Positions 10,675-24,050 of a DNA stretch of 64,000 nt are shown in pieces. Every line of letters begins with the position of its first letter. The first letter of the stretch is position 1. The notes below the pieces were generated by a model that did no database searches, was not told where the DNA came from, and saw only the letters and a list, made by a program, of their open reading frames with translations. The position numbers and the translations under genes are program-made. This DNA is from Octopus vulgaris. Lineage: Eukaryota. The DNA is taken from positions 22,010,001 through 22,074,000 of the forward strand of contig OX597842.1 in the NCBI GenBank assembly GCA_951406725.2, read 5' to 3'.

Positions 10675-13251
10675 TCATGAAATGTGTTCTCTGTCTGTAT
10701 GAACATGCCTGTGCATGGTTAAGTGATCGTTTCGAGAGAAAGACTTACCACAGATTTCACAGTGATATGGCTTTTCTCCTGTATGAACATGCTTGTGCTT
10801 GGTTAAGGTATCGATTCGAGAGAAAGACTTACCACAGATTTCACAGTGATATGGTTTTTCTCCTGTATGAACATGCTTGTGCTTGGTTAAGTGATCGTTT
10901 AGAGAAAAGGATTTACCACAGATTTCACAGTGATATGGTTTTTCTCCTGTATGAACATGCTTGTGCTTGGTTAAGGTATCGTTTCGAGAGAAAGACTTAC
11001 CACAGATTTCACAGTGATACGGTTTTTCTCCTGTATGAACACGCCTGTGCATAGTTAAGTGATCGTTTTGAGAAAAGGATTTACCACAGATTTCACAGTG
11101 ATATGGTCCCTCTCCTGTATGAAGATGCTTGTGCTTGGTTAAGGTACCGTTTTGAGAGAAAGATTTACCACAGATTTCACAGTGATATGGTTTTTCTCCT
11201 GTATGAACACGCCTGTGCATAGTTAAGGTATCGTTTTGAGAAAAAGATTTACCACAGATTTCACAGTGATATGGTTTTTCTCCTGTATGAACACGCTTGT
11301 GCTTGGTTAAGTGATCGTTTAGAGAAAAGGATTTACCACAGATTTCACAGTGATATGGTTTTTCTCCTGTATGAACATGCTTGTGCTTGGATAAGGTATC
11401 GTTTCGAGAGAAAGATTTACCACAGATTTCACATTGATTTGGTTTTTCTCCTGTATGAACACGCCTGTGCATAGTTAAGTGATCGTTTTGAGAAAAAGAT
11501 TTGTCACAGATATCACAGTGATATGGTGCTTCTCCAGTGTGAACACCACTCTTGTGCCTAGTTAAGTTTTCGTTTCGAGAGAAAGACTTACCACAGATAT
11601 CACAGTGATATGGTTTTTCTCCTGTATGAGTACGTTCGTGAATGACTAACTTAGCTTTCTGAGAGAACGACTTGCCACAGATATCACAATCATATGATGT
11701 TTTGCCCTTTTCATTCTTCTCCTCATCAGAAAAATCAATCTCTTCAGACTCTCTTATACATTCAACTTCACTCCTACGTAATTCATTTTCCATAATTTTC
11801 CTTTCGCTCCTCACAGTACACAAAGGTTTTCCTTCTTCTCGTATATTACTCTTAACAAATGATTTACCAGAGATATCACAATGATATGGCTTCTCTCCCA
11901 TATGAACATGCCTGTGCTTGGTTAAGTTATCATTTAGAGAGAAAGATTTACAACAGATTTCACAGTGATATGGTTTTTCTCCTGTATGAACATGCTTGTG
12001 CCTGGTTAAGCAATTTTTTCGAGAGAAAGATTTACCACAGATTTCACAGTGATATGGTTTTTCTCCTGTATGAACACGCTTGTGCATGGTTAAGTGATCG
12101 TTTCGAGAGAAAGATTTGTCACAGATTTCACAGTGATATGGTTTTTCTCCCATATGAACACGCCTGTGCATGGTTAAGTGATTGTTTCGAGAAAAGGATT
12201 TACCACAGACTTCACAGTGATATGGTTTCTCTCCTGTGTGAATGCATTTATGAATAGTCAAGTGATCGTTTTGAGAGAATGATATACCACAGATATCACA
12301 GTGATATGGTTTCTCTCCTGTGTGAACAGTACGCTTGTGCATTGTTAAGGTACTAGTTTCAGAGAAAGATTTACCACAGATATCACACTGATATGGCTTT
12401 TCACCTGTGTGAATACGTATGTGTCTAGTTAAGTAACTTTTATCAAAGAAGGATTTACCACAGATATCACATTGACATGGTTTTTCTCCTGTATGAACAC
12501 GCTTGTGAATAGTTACTTTACTAATTTCACAGAAGGATTTACCACAGATATCACAGTGATATGGTTTTTCTCCTGTATGAATGTATTTGTGCCTAGTTAA
12601 GTTATACCTTTGAGAGAATGATTTATCACAGATTTCACAGCGATATGGCTTCTCTCCTGTATGAATGCGTTTGTGAATAGTTAAATGATGAATATCAAGA
12701 AATGATTTACTACAAACGTCACAGTGATATGGTTTTCCTCCTGTATGAATACGTTGGTGAGTGACTAAGCTACCTTTCTGAGATAATATTTTACCACAGA
12801 TATCACAGTGATATGGTTTTTCTCCTGTATGAATACGCTTGTGCTTGGTTAAGGTATCATTTCGAGAGAAAGATTTACCACAGATTTCACAGTGATATGG
12901 TTTTTCTCCTGTATGAATACGCCTGTGCATAGTTAAGTGATCGTTTTGAGAAAAAGATTTGTCACAGATATCACAGTGATATGGTGCTTCTCCTGTGTGA
13001 ACACCACTCTTGTGCCTAGTTAAGTTTTCGTTTCGAGAGAAAGATTTACCACAGATTTCACAGTGATATGGTTTTTCTCCTGTATGAGTACGTTCGTGAA
13101 TGACTAACTTAGCTTTCCGAGAGAACGACTTGCCACAGATATCACAATCAAATGCTGTTTTGCCCTTTTCATTCTTTTCCTCATCAGAAAAATCAATTTC
13201 TTCAGACTCTCTTTTACATTCAACTTCACTCCGATATAATTCATTTTCCAT
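10675..13251 (-). CDS. C2H2 zinc-finger protein ZNF2 (27 fingers; bipartite 15+12 with repeated leader), intact
   Basis: Open frame 10675..13377; conserved ATG (MENEL) at 13251; second leader copy at ~11690-11860; ends HTDREHIS*. Confidence 0.9.
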   Translation of the reverse strand: MENELYRSEVECKRESEEIDFSDEEKNEKGKTAFDCDICGKSFSRKAKLVIHERTHTGEKPYHCEICGKSFSRNENLTRHKSGVHTGEAPYHCDICDKSFSQNDHLTMHRRIHTGEKPYHCEICGKSFSRNDTLTKHKRIHTGEKPYHCDICGKILSQKGSLVTHQRIHTGGKPYHCDVCSKSFLDIHHLTIHKRIHTGEKPYRCEICDKSFSQRYNLTRHKYIHTGEKPYHCDICGKSFCEISKVTIHKRVHTGEKPCQCDICGKSFFDKSYLTRHIRIHTGEKPYQCDICGKSFSETSTLTMHKRTVHTGEKPYHCDICGISFSQNDHLTIHKCIHTGEKPYHCEVCGKSFSRNNHLTMHRRVHMGEKPYHCEICDKSFSRNDHLTMHKRVHTGEKPYHCEICGKSFSRKNCLTRHKHVHTGEKPYHCEICCKSFSLNDNLTKHRHVHMGEKPYHCDISGKSFVKSNIREEGKPLCTVRSERKIMENELRRSEVECIRESEEIDFSDEEKNEKGKTSYDCDICGKSFSQKAKLVIHERTHTGEKPYHCDICGKSFSRNENLTRHKSGVHTGEAPYHCDICDKSFSQNDHLTMHRRVHTGEKPNQCEICGKSFSRNDTLSKHKHVHTGEKPYHCEICGKSFSLNDHLTKHKRVHTGEKPYHCEICGKSFSQNDTLTMHRRVHTGEKPYHCEICGKSFSQNGTLTKHKHLHTGEGPYHCEICGKSFSQNDHLTMHRRVHTGEKPYHCEICGKSFSRNDTLTKHKHVHTGEKPYHCEICGKSFSLNDHLTKHKHVHTGEKPYHCEICGKSFSRIDTLTKHKHVHTGEKPYHCEICGKSFSRNDHLTMHRHVHTDREHIS

Positions 13252-13954
13252 AATTTTCCTTTCCCTCGTCACAGTACACAAAGGTTTTCCTTCTTCTCGT
13301 ATATTGCTCTGAACAAATATTTCTACTGATATATCTCCATCAATAGTGATCTTTGTTAATATCTGAAGATGCTGCAAACTGCCTTCTTAATTACTTCTCA
13401 TTAACACGCAGATTACTCTGTCGAATGTAATGATTATTTATTCAAATTCTTCTGAATTAATCATTCATTATCTTATTGCTTTAAGATTTCAACGATGTGA
13501 TTCTTTATGTTTATATGACATTGCCAGGTGAGTATAAGAGGCCAGATGTGGGCAGTTTTAACATAAAATAGCTTGAACGTTTGGGACTGATACGGCCAGT
13601 ACAAATGCTAAAGGATTAATTCAAATACAAATATAATTTTCTGTGTACTCCAGACAATAAAGAAGAGAAATTTCATAACATATGTCAGTTCAGAAGATAT
13701 ATTTTGCAGTAATTCAGTAAATATTTATAGAAACAGGGTTATACGTGTTTTGTATAACATCTTTGCTCAGTCTTCAAAAGACTTTCCATTCTAATGACGT
13801 TGCTTATATAAAACTCTTGTGAAGCAGATGTCATCTGATAATCTGAAACGAAAGAGAAACAACAGTGTAAAACATACAAGATAATTCGGAATTAGAGAGA
13901 TTAAAACAGTGAGAGTTTTACTACATTTTTATATAGACATGGCTATAGAAGTGC

Positions 13955-14065
13955 AGGGATGGTTGTGTGGTAAGATGTTGGCTTCCCAACCACATGGTCC
14001 TGGGTTCGGTCCCAGAGTGGCCAAACAAAGCCTTGTGAGAGGATGTGGTAGATGGGAACTGAAAA
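13955..14065 (+). mobile_element. Degenerate tRNA-derived SINE head (intronic; copies at ~25666, 36974, 43201, 59872)
   Basis: ggatggttgtgtggtaag...accacatggtcctgggttcggtccca, similar to the SINE at 3828. Confidence 0.6.
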
Positions 14066-15268
14066 ATGCTTGACAAATTCGAACTACCCGAAAGAATTCT
14101 AATCCAAAAAAGGAAAACAGAAATTAAATTATGTGGTACCTTTTGACAAGTCACCTGACAAAGCACACCTGACAAGACACCTGCAAGGCAATGATGCATG
14201 ATGGGTTGAAATGATCACAGAGTATCATAGACTTGTAAATTCTATTTCCTTTCCTTTCATTGTTTAAACTCTATGGACATGAAGGAATTCCTACAGTAAA
14301 TCCATTGTCATTTAAATCCATATTGTTGATGACATCAGATAGCCAAATACAGTGAGCAGGCTTTAAATGACATACTGCAATGTCTATATACAAATTTAAA
14401 ATTATTACTTCATCATCATTTAAATTCCATTTTACACACTGGCATGGGTTGAATGGTTTGAAAGGAGCTAACCAGCTGAAGGGCTGATCAGGCCCCATCT
14501 CTATCTTAAAATAGTTTCTATTGCTGAATGCCCTTTCTAACACAAACCCTTTACACAATGTACTGGGTGTTTTTTTACGTGGTATCAGCACCCATGAGCC
14601 TGCAAGATTAGGGATGTTCAGCTGGAGGGGGTTGCAAGGGACAAGCTTGTATGCAAGGGCAACCATGCTTTTACTTAGCTTGATGTGTCTTTTCAAACAC
14701 AGCAAACTGCCAGGATTCTCGTTTCCTGATCCCCTTCATTTAATGTCCACCTTCAATACCAGTATCTGTTGGATGGTTTGGTAGGAAGTGGTCAGTCAGA
14801 AGACTGCCCCAGACTTGTGTGTCTGTTTTGGCTCAGCTTTTAAGCTGGATGCTCTTCCTAACACCAACCATACTACAGAGTGTATTGACTACATTTTAAG
14901 TGGCAAGATCACAGGCAAGGTCAGTTTTGGCACAGCTTTTTACATTTAATGTCCATTTACCATGCTTCCCTGGGTTGGTTGGTTTGACCTGGGCTGGCAA
15001 ACAGGGGTGCTGCCCCCAGTTCCTGCCTGATTTAGATTGCTTTCTACAGCTGGACACTCTTCTTAACGCCAACCACTTTAGAGACTGTGTTGAGATCTTC
15101 TCACATGGTACATGTATGGGTGTCTTTTATGCAAAGCAGTATAGATGCCCCTTATACAGATCACCATGATATATATATATACATACATATAAAAATTATT
15201 TGAGTGAATATAAATCCAAACTCACAATTAAAAAAATTCAATTTAGAAATACTAAATCAAATTTCACA

Positions 15269-15309
<41 letters not shown>

Positions 15310-15311
15310 AA

Positions 15312-15588
15312 TTAGAAAAAACCCACCTTTTATCAATTCAAAATGAACAATTAAATTACACCATCTAGAAAATTACATATAATAGAATTATTAAAATTAA
15401 AATAACAATAAAATATCAATGACGTGTCGTTACTCTACCCATTATATATGTTCTTATTATTTTTTTGCAATTTACTTAATCATGGATATTTTATGGTTAT
15501 TTTAATTTTAATATTTCTATTATATGTAATTTTCTAGATGGTGTAATTTAATTGTTCATTTTGAATTGATAAAAGGTAGTTTTTCTAA
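15312..15588. repeat. AT-rich inverted repeat, ~105-bp arms, 67-bp spacer
   Basis: accttttatcaattcaaaatgaacaattaaattacaccatctagaaaattacatataatag and its reverse complement flank 15418-15484. Embedded between (TA)n tracts. Confidence 0.9.
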
Positions 15589-17067
15589 TATATATATATA
15601 TATATATATACATACGTATATATATTTATAATATAAAATCTGTTCTGTCTGTCTGTGTGTCCTCTAGGATCTCGGGCATCCTCAATCTGATTGCAGCCTA
15701 ATTCGATATGTAGATGCCGAAGGTATCAGGATAAAGCCATGGGAACGTGCATTTATATGCGCAAGTACATCATCTGTTGTGATCGATACTACACGTACGC
15801 AAGAAAAATGCACATGCAGTTTGTGCTGGCTGGCTTGAAATAATGCCACAAAATGCAGTATATCTAAGAGACCAAAAAAGTAAGATGCAAAAGAGATATT
15901 TTCTTCAAACTTGGCATGAAGGAAGGAGAGACTATTTCGTTTCTCAAGAAGTTTTTTTTTCTTTGCCTTAACTTTGTTTAACAAAACCAAAAGTTTTATT
16001 GAAATATAGGCATGCTTAATTATTTTTTAATGAAAAGAACTGTTTAAACCATGTTTGTGTTCTCCCAGTCAACAGCCTTATAATTACTGGTACTTTAAAC
16101 TCTTCGGTTGCATATTTTTGTGAATAAAATCGTTTTTCTTTGGAATAGAAAATAAGTCTATCTTTATTTCTTCTTTTGCTGGTGTCCCTAATTTAGGTTA
16201 AATCAGTGTTTCTCAAAGGGGAGGCATATGGAGCGGTCGGACAAGTTGTCTTGAGAAAATTTGGTTTAAATGTTTGACATCACCGTCCTTGGACGGGGAG
16301 GAGGGGCACTTTGCAACTGTGTGTATATATATATATATATATATATACTTTGATATTTTGATAGGTTTCGGCCATTATTGGCCCAGGCCATGTCTAACTT
16401 AATAGCACCACCTGGTAATAGCACCACCTGGTATATATATATATAATTATAATTCTGCTCCTTATTATTACTATCTTTTACTTATTTCTGTCATTAGACT
16501 GCCATCATGCTGGGGCATCGCCTTGAAGAATCTGTAGTGAGACTGGATCGACCCCAGAACTTATTTGTTTTTTATGCCTGGAACTCATTTCATCAGTCTA
16601 ATATAAAAACAAAATGAAATTATTACTTTACTCACCATTTAATATCACTCCTTATCCTCCGTAGAGTCTTTCCCCCAGCAGTTTTGATACAAAAGTAGAA
16701 ATTCATCGAGAAAAGTCGATAATCTTAGACGAGATCAAAGAATATCTGACCCTAAAAAGAACCATGACAAAAATTGTGTAAACGGGGAATAAATAAAACA
16801 TGTAATGGTTTGCTTGAAATACCGAAACGAAATCTTAGCGTTGTACCAAAATTAACAGCAACTATTTACACCATGCAGTATTTCCTGTGGTTTTTTATGT
16901 TCCGATCTCAAATCCCGCCGATGTCAATTTTACCTTTCATTGCTTCGGAATCAAAATAAAAATCCATCGAAAAGAGAGGTTGATACTAATCTCCCCCACA
17001 CCCCCAATATTAAGTGTATTAATAAGAACTTTGCTTCTAGCAGGTAACTGAGGTAACAATTATATCT

Positions 17068-17282
17068 TTTTCTACTCTAGGCACATGGCCAGAAATTTGG
17101 GGTAAGAGGGGCAGTCGATTAAATCGACCACAGTACACAACTGGTACTTAAATTATCGACCCCGCAAGGATGAAAGGCAAAGTCGACCTCGGCGGAATTT
17201 GAACTCAGAACATAAAAAACAGACGAAATACGGCCAGGTATTCCGCCCGGCGTGCTAACGTTTCTGCCAGCTCACCGCCTTA
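17068..17282 (-). mobile_element. tRNA-derived SINE, near full length (copies 29020-29163 partial, 55570-55783)
   Basis: Minus strand ggcggtgagctggcagaaacgttagcacgccggg...gagttcaaattccgccgaggtcgactttgcctttcatcc, with a B-box-like GTTCAAATTCC. Confidence 0.8.
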
Positions 17283-17339
17283 AGAAACAATTATATCAAA
17301 AGCAACTTCCACGAATGAATGACCAATTAGTAATATGTC

Positions 17340-17460
17340 ACCTTTGGAAAATGCGAACGTTTGCTGCGCTTGCAAAAAAGACCCATGTGCGTGTGAGCGC
17401 ACCGGGACCACTGTTCGCTAGTAGTACCTATAAAAAGTGCGTAGAAAACGAAATGAAAAG
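17340..17460 (-). promoter_or_regulatory. Candidate promoter/first exon, type B (copies ~29225-29340, ~55845-55960)
   Basis: Small CpG-enriched patch at the position equivalent to type A, upstream of the shared non-coding exon. No strong motif. Confidence 0.3.
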
Positions 17461-18029
17461 AATACAGCTCCATATAATATTCAGAGGAAGATTGTTACCA
17501 AAAAAAATTCCAGCATTGATTAGAGGAAGGGATTAGATCTGAGAGAAATTTGTGTTGGTATTAATTCATTGAAAGACGATAAGGAAAATTAGTGAGTAAA
17601 GGGAGATAAGCAAGGGCATGAGCCTAATTACGGGAAAAAGAAGCATTCGATCTTTAGATGGCTTCATAGGCTTATAACGGTGGTGGATCTCCGTCGTTTC
17701 ACAACGAGGAGTCAATCTTTTGGCCAACTGATTTACTTGCACTTCACTGAGTATTTGCTGGTGTACAAGATGCATCCTTACTTTAGCAGAATATTTAGGG
17801 CAGAAACCAGATTAATACGTTTCGTCATTCAGCCATTGGAAAACGTTTTAAAGTAGTTTTGTAGAGAAAATGTGGCTGCATTTCGCTTTGACCCTTTAAC
17901 CTTTAACATTGTTCAATGTGATGAAGATGACGGGAATTGAACTCACGATTGAGCCATGCACCTTCAAATATATATGAGAAGTTACATAATAGCTTCATAT
18001 ATATATTTGTTACTTTCTGTTGCTTCCTT

Positions 18030-18336
18030 TCAGCACGTAAAAAGCACCATCCGAACGTGGCGCATTGTAGCGCCGCCTTGACTAGCTTCTGTGCCGGTGG
18101 CACGAAAAAAGCACCAACCGACTGTTGCCGCAGCGAGCCCCCTGGCACCTGTGCTGGCGGCACGAAAAAAGCACTCACCACATTCACAGAGTGATTGGCG
18201 TTAGGAAGATCATCCACCAGAAGAAACACTGCCAGATCAGACTGGAGCCTGGTGCAGCCTCCTGGCTTCCTAGACCCCGGGCAAACTGTCCAACCCGTGC
18301 TAGCACGGAAAACGGACGTTAAACGATGATGATGAT
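18030..18336 (+). mobile_element. RTE-tail SINE / RTE 3' UTR fragment
   Basis: gcacgtaaaaagcaccatcc repeats and ...gaaaacggacgttaaacgatgatgatg tail. Confidence 0.8.
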
Positions 18337-19125
18337 TCTCCCTCTTTGTTTCTCTCTCATTTTCCCACTCTCTTACATTTCTTTTCTCTTGGACTCTCCC
18401 TCGCTTTCTCTTACTCTCTATCTATCTCTCTCCCATTTATAAACAACAAAAGATCTTGAGTAAGTTGAGAAATAAAATATTTAGAAAGATCAATCATAAA
18501 TCTCAGGCAGTGGCAACGGAAAGGTCTGCTTCAAGGCAGACAGCAAAACACTAACATTTAAAAGGGACAGACGAACTTGCGAGCTGAATAAAAATAATAA
18601 AATATTGGAAACCAAAGTTTGAAGGGATAGAATCTGAGGATAGTAGAGTCACCATGGCTGGCATTTCTTAACGACGGACAGCAACATATTGACAGTTTAA
18701 AGGCTGGCGTAAAATTTTGGACTTGATGCAAAAGAAGATTGGTAAACACCAATTTTTTAAGTGATTCTTTCTCATGACAGTAGACTCACCATGGCAAGCA
18801 TTCAAAACTTCTTCATCGTGGACGGCAACACATTGACGATTAAAAGGCTGGCACAAATTTTTTAGCTTGATGTAACAGAGAATTCCTAAACACCCGCTCC
18901 TTTAAATTTTAATCCCCTTTCAGCCCCATTTAGACCCCTTTTCACATTTTGGTTAATATAACCTGATTTCATTCGGGTCTACTGGGGCCACATTTTATAA
19001 GATGAGAAATTTTGTCCTAGAGGTCACGCCTTTCATTTGAGGAAAAGAATATTTGTCATGCAAACTTGCCAGCACTTTTAACATAGGTGTGCATATTTTC
19101 AGCTCAACCGACCGACCACATAATG

Positions 19126-19165
<40 letters not shown>

Positions 19166-19196
19166 CATGCATTATATATACAAATTATATATATAT

Positions 19197-21662
19197 AAGG
19201 CTTGGAAGGACTGGAAGAACGGTGGTAGCAGGGAAGTGTATCAGACTGCCAGAAGGGAAGCTAGGAGGCAGGTGTATTTAGCCAGAGGGGAAGCAGATAA
19301 GAAAAAATTTGCCAATGTCCTGCGCCGGGAGTATGAAAGACTTGAGGTATTTCGTGTTGCAAGACAGTGTGTGAGAGAGAATCGTGACGTGGTAGGAGAG
19401 AAATGCGTTCGCAAGGATGACGGTTCACTTGCGCTAAATGGGGATGCAAAGAGAGAGGTTTGGAGACGCCACTATGAAAGATTGCTGAATGAGGAAAATG
19501 AATGGGATAAAGAGAGTCTGCCGAATGTCGACCCAACAGAGGGACTAGCAATCCGAGTTGACAGTTCCTTAGTAGTTTTGGCAATTACAAGCATGAGAAC
19601 AGAGAAAGCCCCAGGCCCATCAGGTATTACTGCAGAGATGCTCAAAATATCTGGTAGTGTCGGCTATAGCCTACTCACCTGTATAGTTAACCAGGTGATA
19701 CACGAAGGAGTCATACCCAATGACTGGTGTAGCAGCATACTAGTCAACTACTACAAAGGTAAAGGTGACGCCCTAGATACAAATAACTACAAGGGTATCA
19801 AGCTGCTGGATCAAGTAATGAAGGTTACGGAGAGGGTTATAGCCCAACTAATTAGAGAGAGAATTAGCTTAGATGAGATGCAGTTTGGGTTTGTGCCAGG
19901 GAGAAGTACTACTGATGCTATATTCTTGGTAAGACAGCTGCAGGAGAAATACCTAGCCAAAGATAAGCCCCTGTACCTGGCTTTTGTTGACATGGAGAAA
20001 GCCTTTGACAGGGTCCCCCGATCCCTTATCTGGTGGTCAATGAGGAAAGTAGGGATAGATGAATGGTTAGTTAGAGCTGTACAGAGACGCTGCTAGTAAG
20101 GTAAGGGTTGGCAACGAGTACAGTGAAGAATTCCGGGTAGAGGTTGGGGTCCACCAAGGTTCAGTCCTCAGTCCCCTCCTATTTATCATAGTCCTCCAGG
20201 CAATAAAGGAGGAATTCAAGACAGGATACCCCTGGGAGCTCCTCTATGCTGATGACCTTGCTCTAATTGCTGAGTCACTATCAGAACTGGAGGAGAAGTT
20301 TCAGGTGTGGAAGCAAGGTCTAGAATCAAAGGGCCTCAGAATCAATCTAGCCAAAACCAAAGTCCTAATAAGTAGGAAAGTAGACAAGTCACAAACGCCT
20401 TCAGGTAGATGGCCCTGCTCGATCTGTAAAAAAGGTGTAGGTAGAAACTCTATAAGGTGCACCAAGTGCAAGCTATGGACACATAAGAGGTGTAGCAATG
20501 TCAAAGGAAGGCTAACTAGGTAAATAGTTTTTGTCTGTGGCAGATGCTCAGGAGCAATAAACACTGAAAATGTGCAGAGACCAAGGTCTACCTAGTTCCA
20601 GGGAGAAAAACTAGAAGTAGTTGATAGCTTCCGCTACCTAAGTGACCAAGTCAGTAGCGGGGGTGGGTGTGCTGAAAGTGTAACTGCTAGAGTAAGAATA
20701 GCCTGGGCAAAGTTTAGAGAGCTCTTACCCCTGCTGGTGACAAAAGGCCTCTCGCTCAGAGTTAAAGGCAGACTGTATGATGCATGTGTATGTACAGCCA
20801 TGCTACATGGTAGTGAAACATGGGCTGTGACTGCTGAGGATATGCGTAAGCTCGCAAGAAATGAAGCCAGTATGCTCCGATGGATGTGTAATGTCAGTGT
20901 TCATAATCGACAGAGTGTAAGTACCTTGAGAGAAAAGTTGGACCTAAGAAGCATCAGTTGTGGTGTGCAAGAGAGATGTCTGCGCTGGTATGGGCATGTG
21001 ACGAGTATGGGTGAAGATAGTTGTGTGCAAATGTGCCACACTCTAGCATTTGAGGGAACCTGTGGAAGAGGTAGACCCAGGAAAACCTGGGACGAGGTGG
21101 TGAAGCACAACCTTCGAACTTTAGGTCTCACCAAGGAAATGTCTAGAGACCAAGACCTATGGAAGTATGCTGTGCATGAGAAGACCCGGCAAGACCAGTG
21201 AGGACAGTCAAAATCAAACCAAATTAACATCAGTGGAAATTGCAGCTGTGGTTAAGCGAACCATCCAATCGTTTGTCCATTGCCAGCCTCACCTGGCCCC
21301 CATGCCGTTGGCACGTAAAAGCACCATCCGCTCGTGTCCGTTGCCAGCTTCGCCTGGACCCCTGCACGTAAAAGCACCATCCGTTCGTGTCCGTTGCCAG
21401 CCTCGCCGGGCCCCCGTGCTGGTGGCACGTAAAAACACCATCCGTTCGTGGTCGTTTGCCAGCTCTGTCTGGCACCTGTGCAGGTGGCACGTAAAAAGCA
21501 CCCACAACACTCACGGAGTGGTTGGCGTCAGGAAGGGCATCCAGCCGTAGAAACACTGCCAAATCTGACTGGGCCTGATGAAGCCTTCCGGCTTCACAGG
21601 CCCCAGTTAAACCGTCCAACCCATGCTAGCATGGAAAACGGACGCTAAATGATGATGATGAT
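19197..21662 (+). mobile_element. 5'-truncated RTE-clade LINE (RT pseudogene, Cys-rich insert, 3' UTR, (GAT)n tail)
   Basis: KAPGPSGITAEMLK, QFGFVPGRSTTDAIF, AFVDMEKAFDRV, GVHQGSVLSP, LLYADDL, WPCSIC..C..C..WTHKRC, LHGSETW and RGRPRKTW motifs. Frameshift near 20090 and stops near 20521 and 20593. Confidence 0.92.
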
Positions 21663-22306
21663 ATATATAAATTAAATTAGATAAAAAACCACTAATAGGC
21701 AAATGAAACAGTGAAAAACCCAAAACAAAAACATAAAAATAAAAATATAATATAGAAAATATAGAAAATATAAAATTTAAACTATTAAAATTTAAAATAA
21801 AAATTATTAAATTATATTTATAATTTGTTTAAAAATATAACTATCAAAAAGTATTAAAAAGTTTAATATACATAAATACAGATATATACATTATATATAC
21901 ATATTTATATATCGAACACACACATATATAAATGAACACAATAAATATCTGATTCATATTTGTTCTCATGATTGTGTTGGTGGTGGCGATGATAATTCTC
22001 TCTATGAGTGCAGACATAGTTATAAAGGGTATGTGAAGGGGAGTTAGACAGGAAAGGGAGGAAATAGCGTGAGTGAGAAAGACAGATACGTAAAAGAATG
22101 GGAGTAGACTTGTCAAAGTGGGTTTTTGGTCCTAGCAACGACACCTTTTAAGATAGGGATTTCTAACGTAACCCACGGGCATCGTCACTTCATTTTATAT
22201 GTCCCTGTAATTTTTGGAGTCAATCTGACGGGTTGTAGTGGCCTTGAAAGTGATCCAAGCGGTCGAGTCAAACAAACTTTTTTTCAGTTTTATAAATAGA
22301 GATATA

Positions 22307-22703
22307 CGAGAAGTATCACCCAGTGTTGCTCGAGTTTGTTTTCTTTTCGACCCTTTAGAATTGGAATTTTAGAAAAGTAAATGTTTTGCATTATGTAGCT
22401 TGTTATTCTCTTTAAGTGAACAGTTTTCTGGTTGAAATACACTGAAAGATGACGAGACAGCAGTCAAAGAATCGTAAAAAGTAGGGATTTTCGTAGATAA
22501 AAAGCATCTGATTGATATAAATAATTTTTGGTGATGACAAGGTGCGATTTCAATTTTTTCTTCTACGGAAGGAAGAGCAAGCCTTCTTTTATCATACTCT
22601 CAATTTTGGTCAACATACGCTAAAGTGTCTCGGTAGAGATAGTGTTAGTTGAAGGCTGCAAAACCTGCCACACACACAGACAACTTCAGCTTTATATATA
22701 TAG
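22307..22703 (-). mobile_element. Helitron-like element (paralog of 9690-10041)
   Basis: Same termini and internal sequence. Confidence 0.6.
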
Positions 22704-23342
22704 ATATATCGTGCAATGCCACTCCCTGTAAGAAGCATTTGTGCCAGTTCATGTAAAAAGCACACATGCTGATCCATGTGGTTATTCAACTTACTCCTTC
22801 CCCTGAAATTGCTGGCCTTGTGCCAAAATAATGTCAGATACAATAATGCCTTGATATATGAGTTAATTTCTTCCTGGAGATTGCTCCTAAAGGGAAAACT
22901 CATAAAGCAAAGCAATAATTTCCCATAGAAGCAATGTTATAAATTGTAATTCAATCCCAGAAAAATATTTTACCAATAAAATTTATAATACTTGTAAATA
23001 AATGACAATAAAACAACAGTAGAATGTAAAGAATATTTTATGTAAAGTCAAAAACAATGTCAAGATTATTTAGAATAGGCAAAATATTATTATTATAATT
23101 GTTTTCTGAATCACTATGAAAAGACTCAGGGACACCATCATTTGTAGACGTGACCACTGATTCACAAGCAAAGAAACAAGTCTAGAGTTGTTTACTGAGA
23201 AGCATTCCTTTGCTCTTTATAAACTTCTTGGTAAGACACAGGTGCATTTGTTATGGTAGTAGAAACTTTCAAAATTTGGATGTTGTGCTTGAAAAATAAA
23301 ACTCATAAACAATGTCTGTAACTTGGGAAATGAATCTATTCC

Positions 23343-24050
<708 letters not shown>

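Noticed and set aside
10662-12257. Plus-strand repetitive ORFs (YEHACAWL...[11 protein letters not shown]), also at 34638, 41646, 50616 and 58215
   Set aside because: Antisense shadow frames of the 84-bp zinc-finger repeats; no independent coding evidence.
14271-15169. ORFs in the intronic block (MARSQARSVL..., MPFLTQTLY...)
   Set aside because: Composed of decayed RTE-tail/SINE fragments (gctggatgcccttcctaacgccaacc); disrupted in paralogs.
15682-15990. ORF MVLLNKVKAKKK... (copies 27754, 54299)
   Set aside because: Lies in a repeat starting with a Helitron-like tataatataaaatctgttctgtc end; non-ATG start in most copies, indels, no motif I can assign.
17566-17775. 69-aa ORF MHLVHQQILSEVQ... 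open in three type B units
   Set aside because: No recognisable domain; copies are too similar for the open frame to be informative; type A units keep only part of it.
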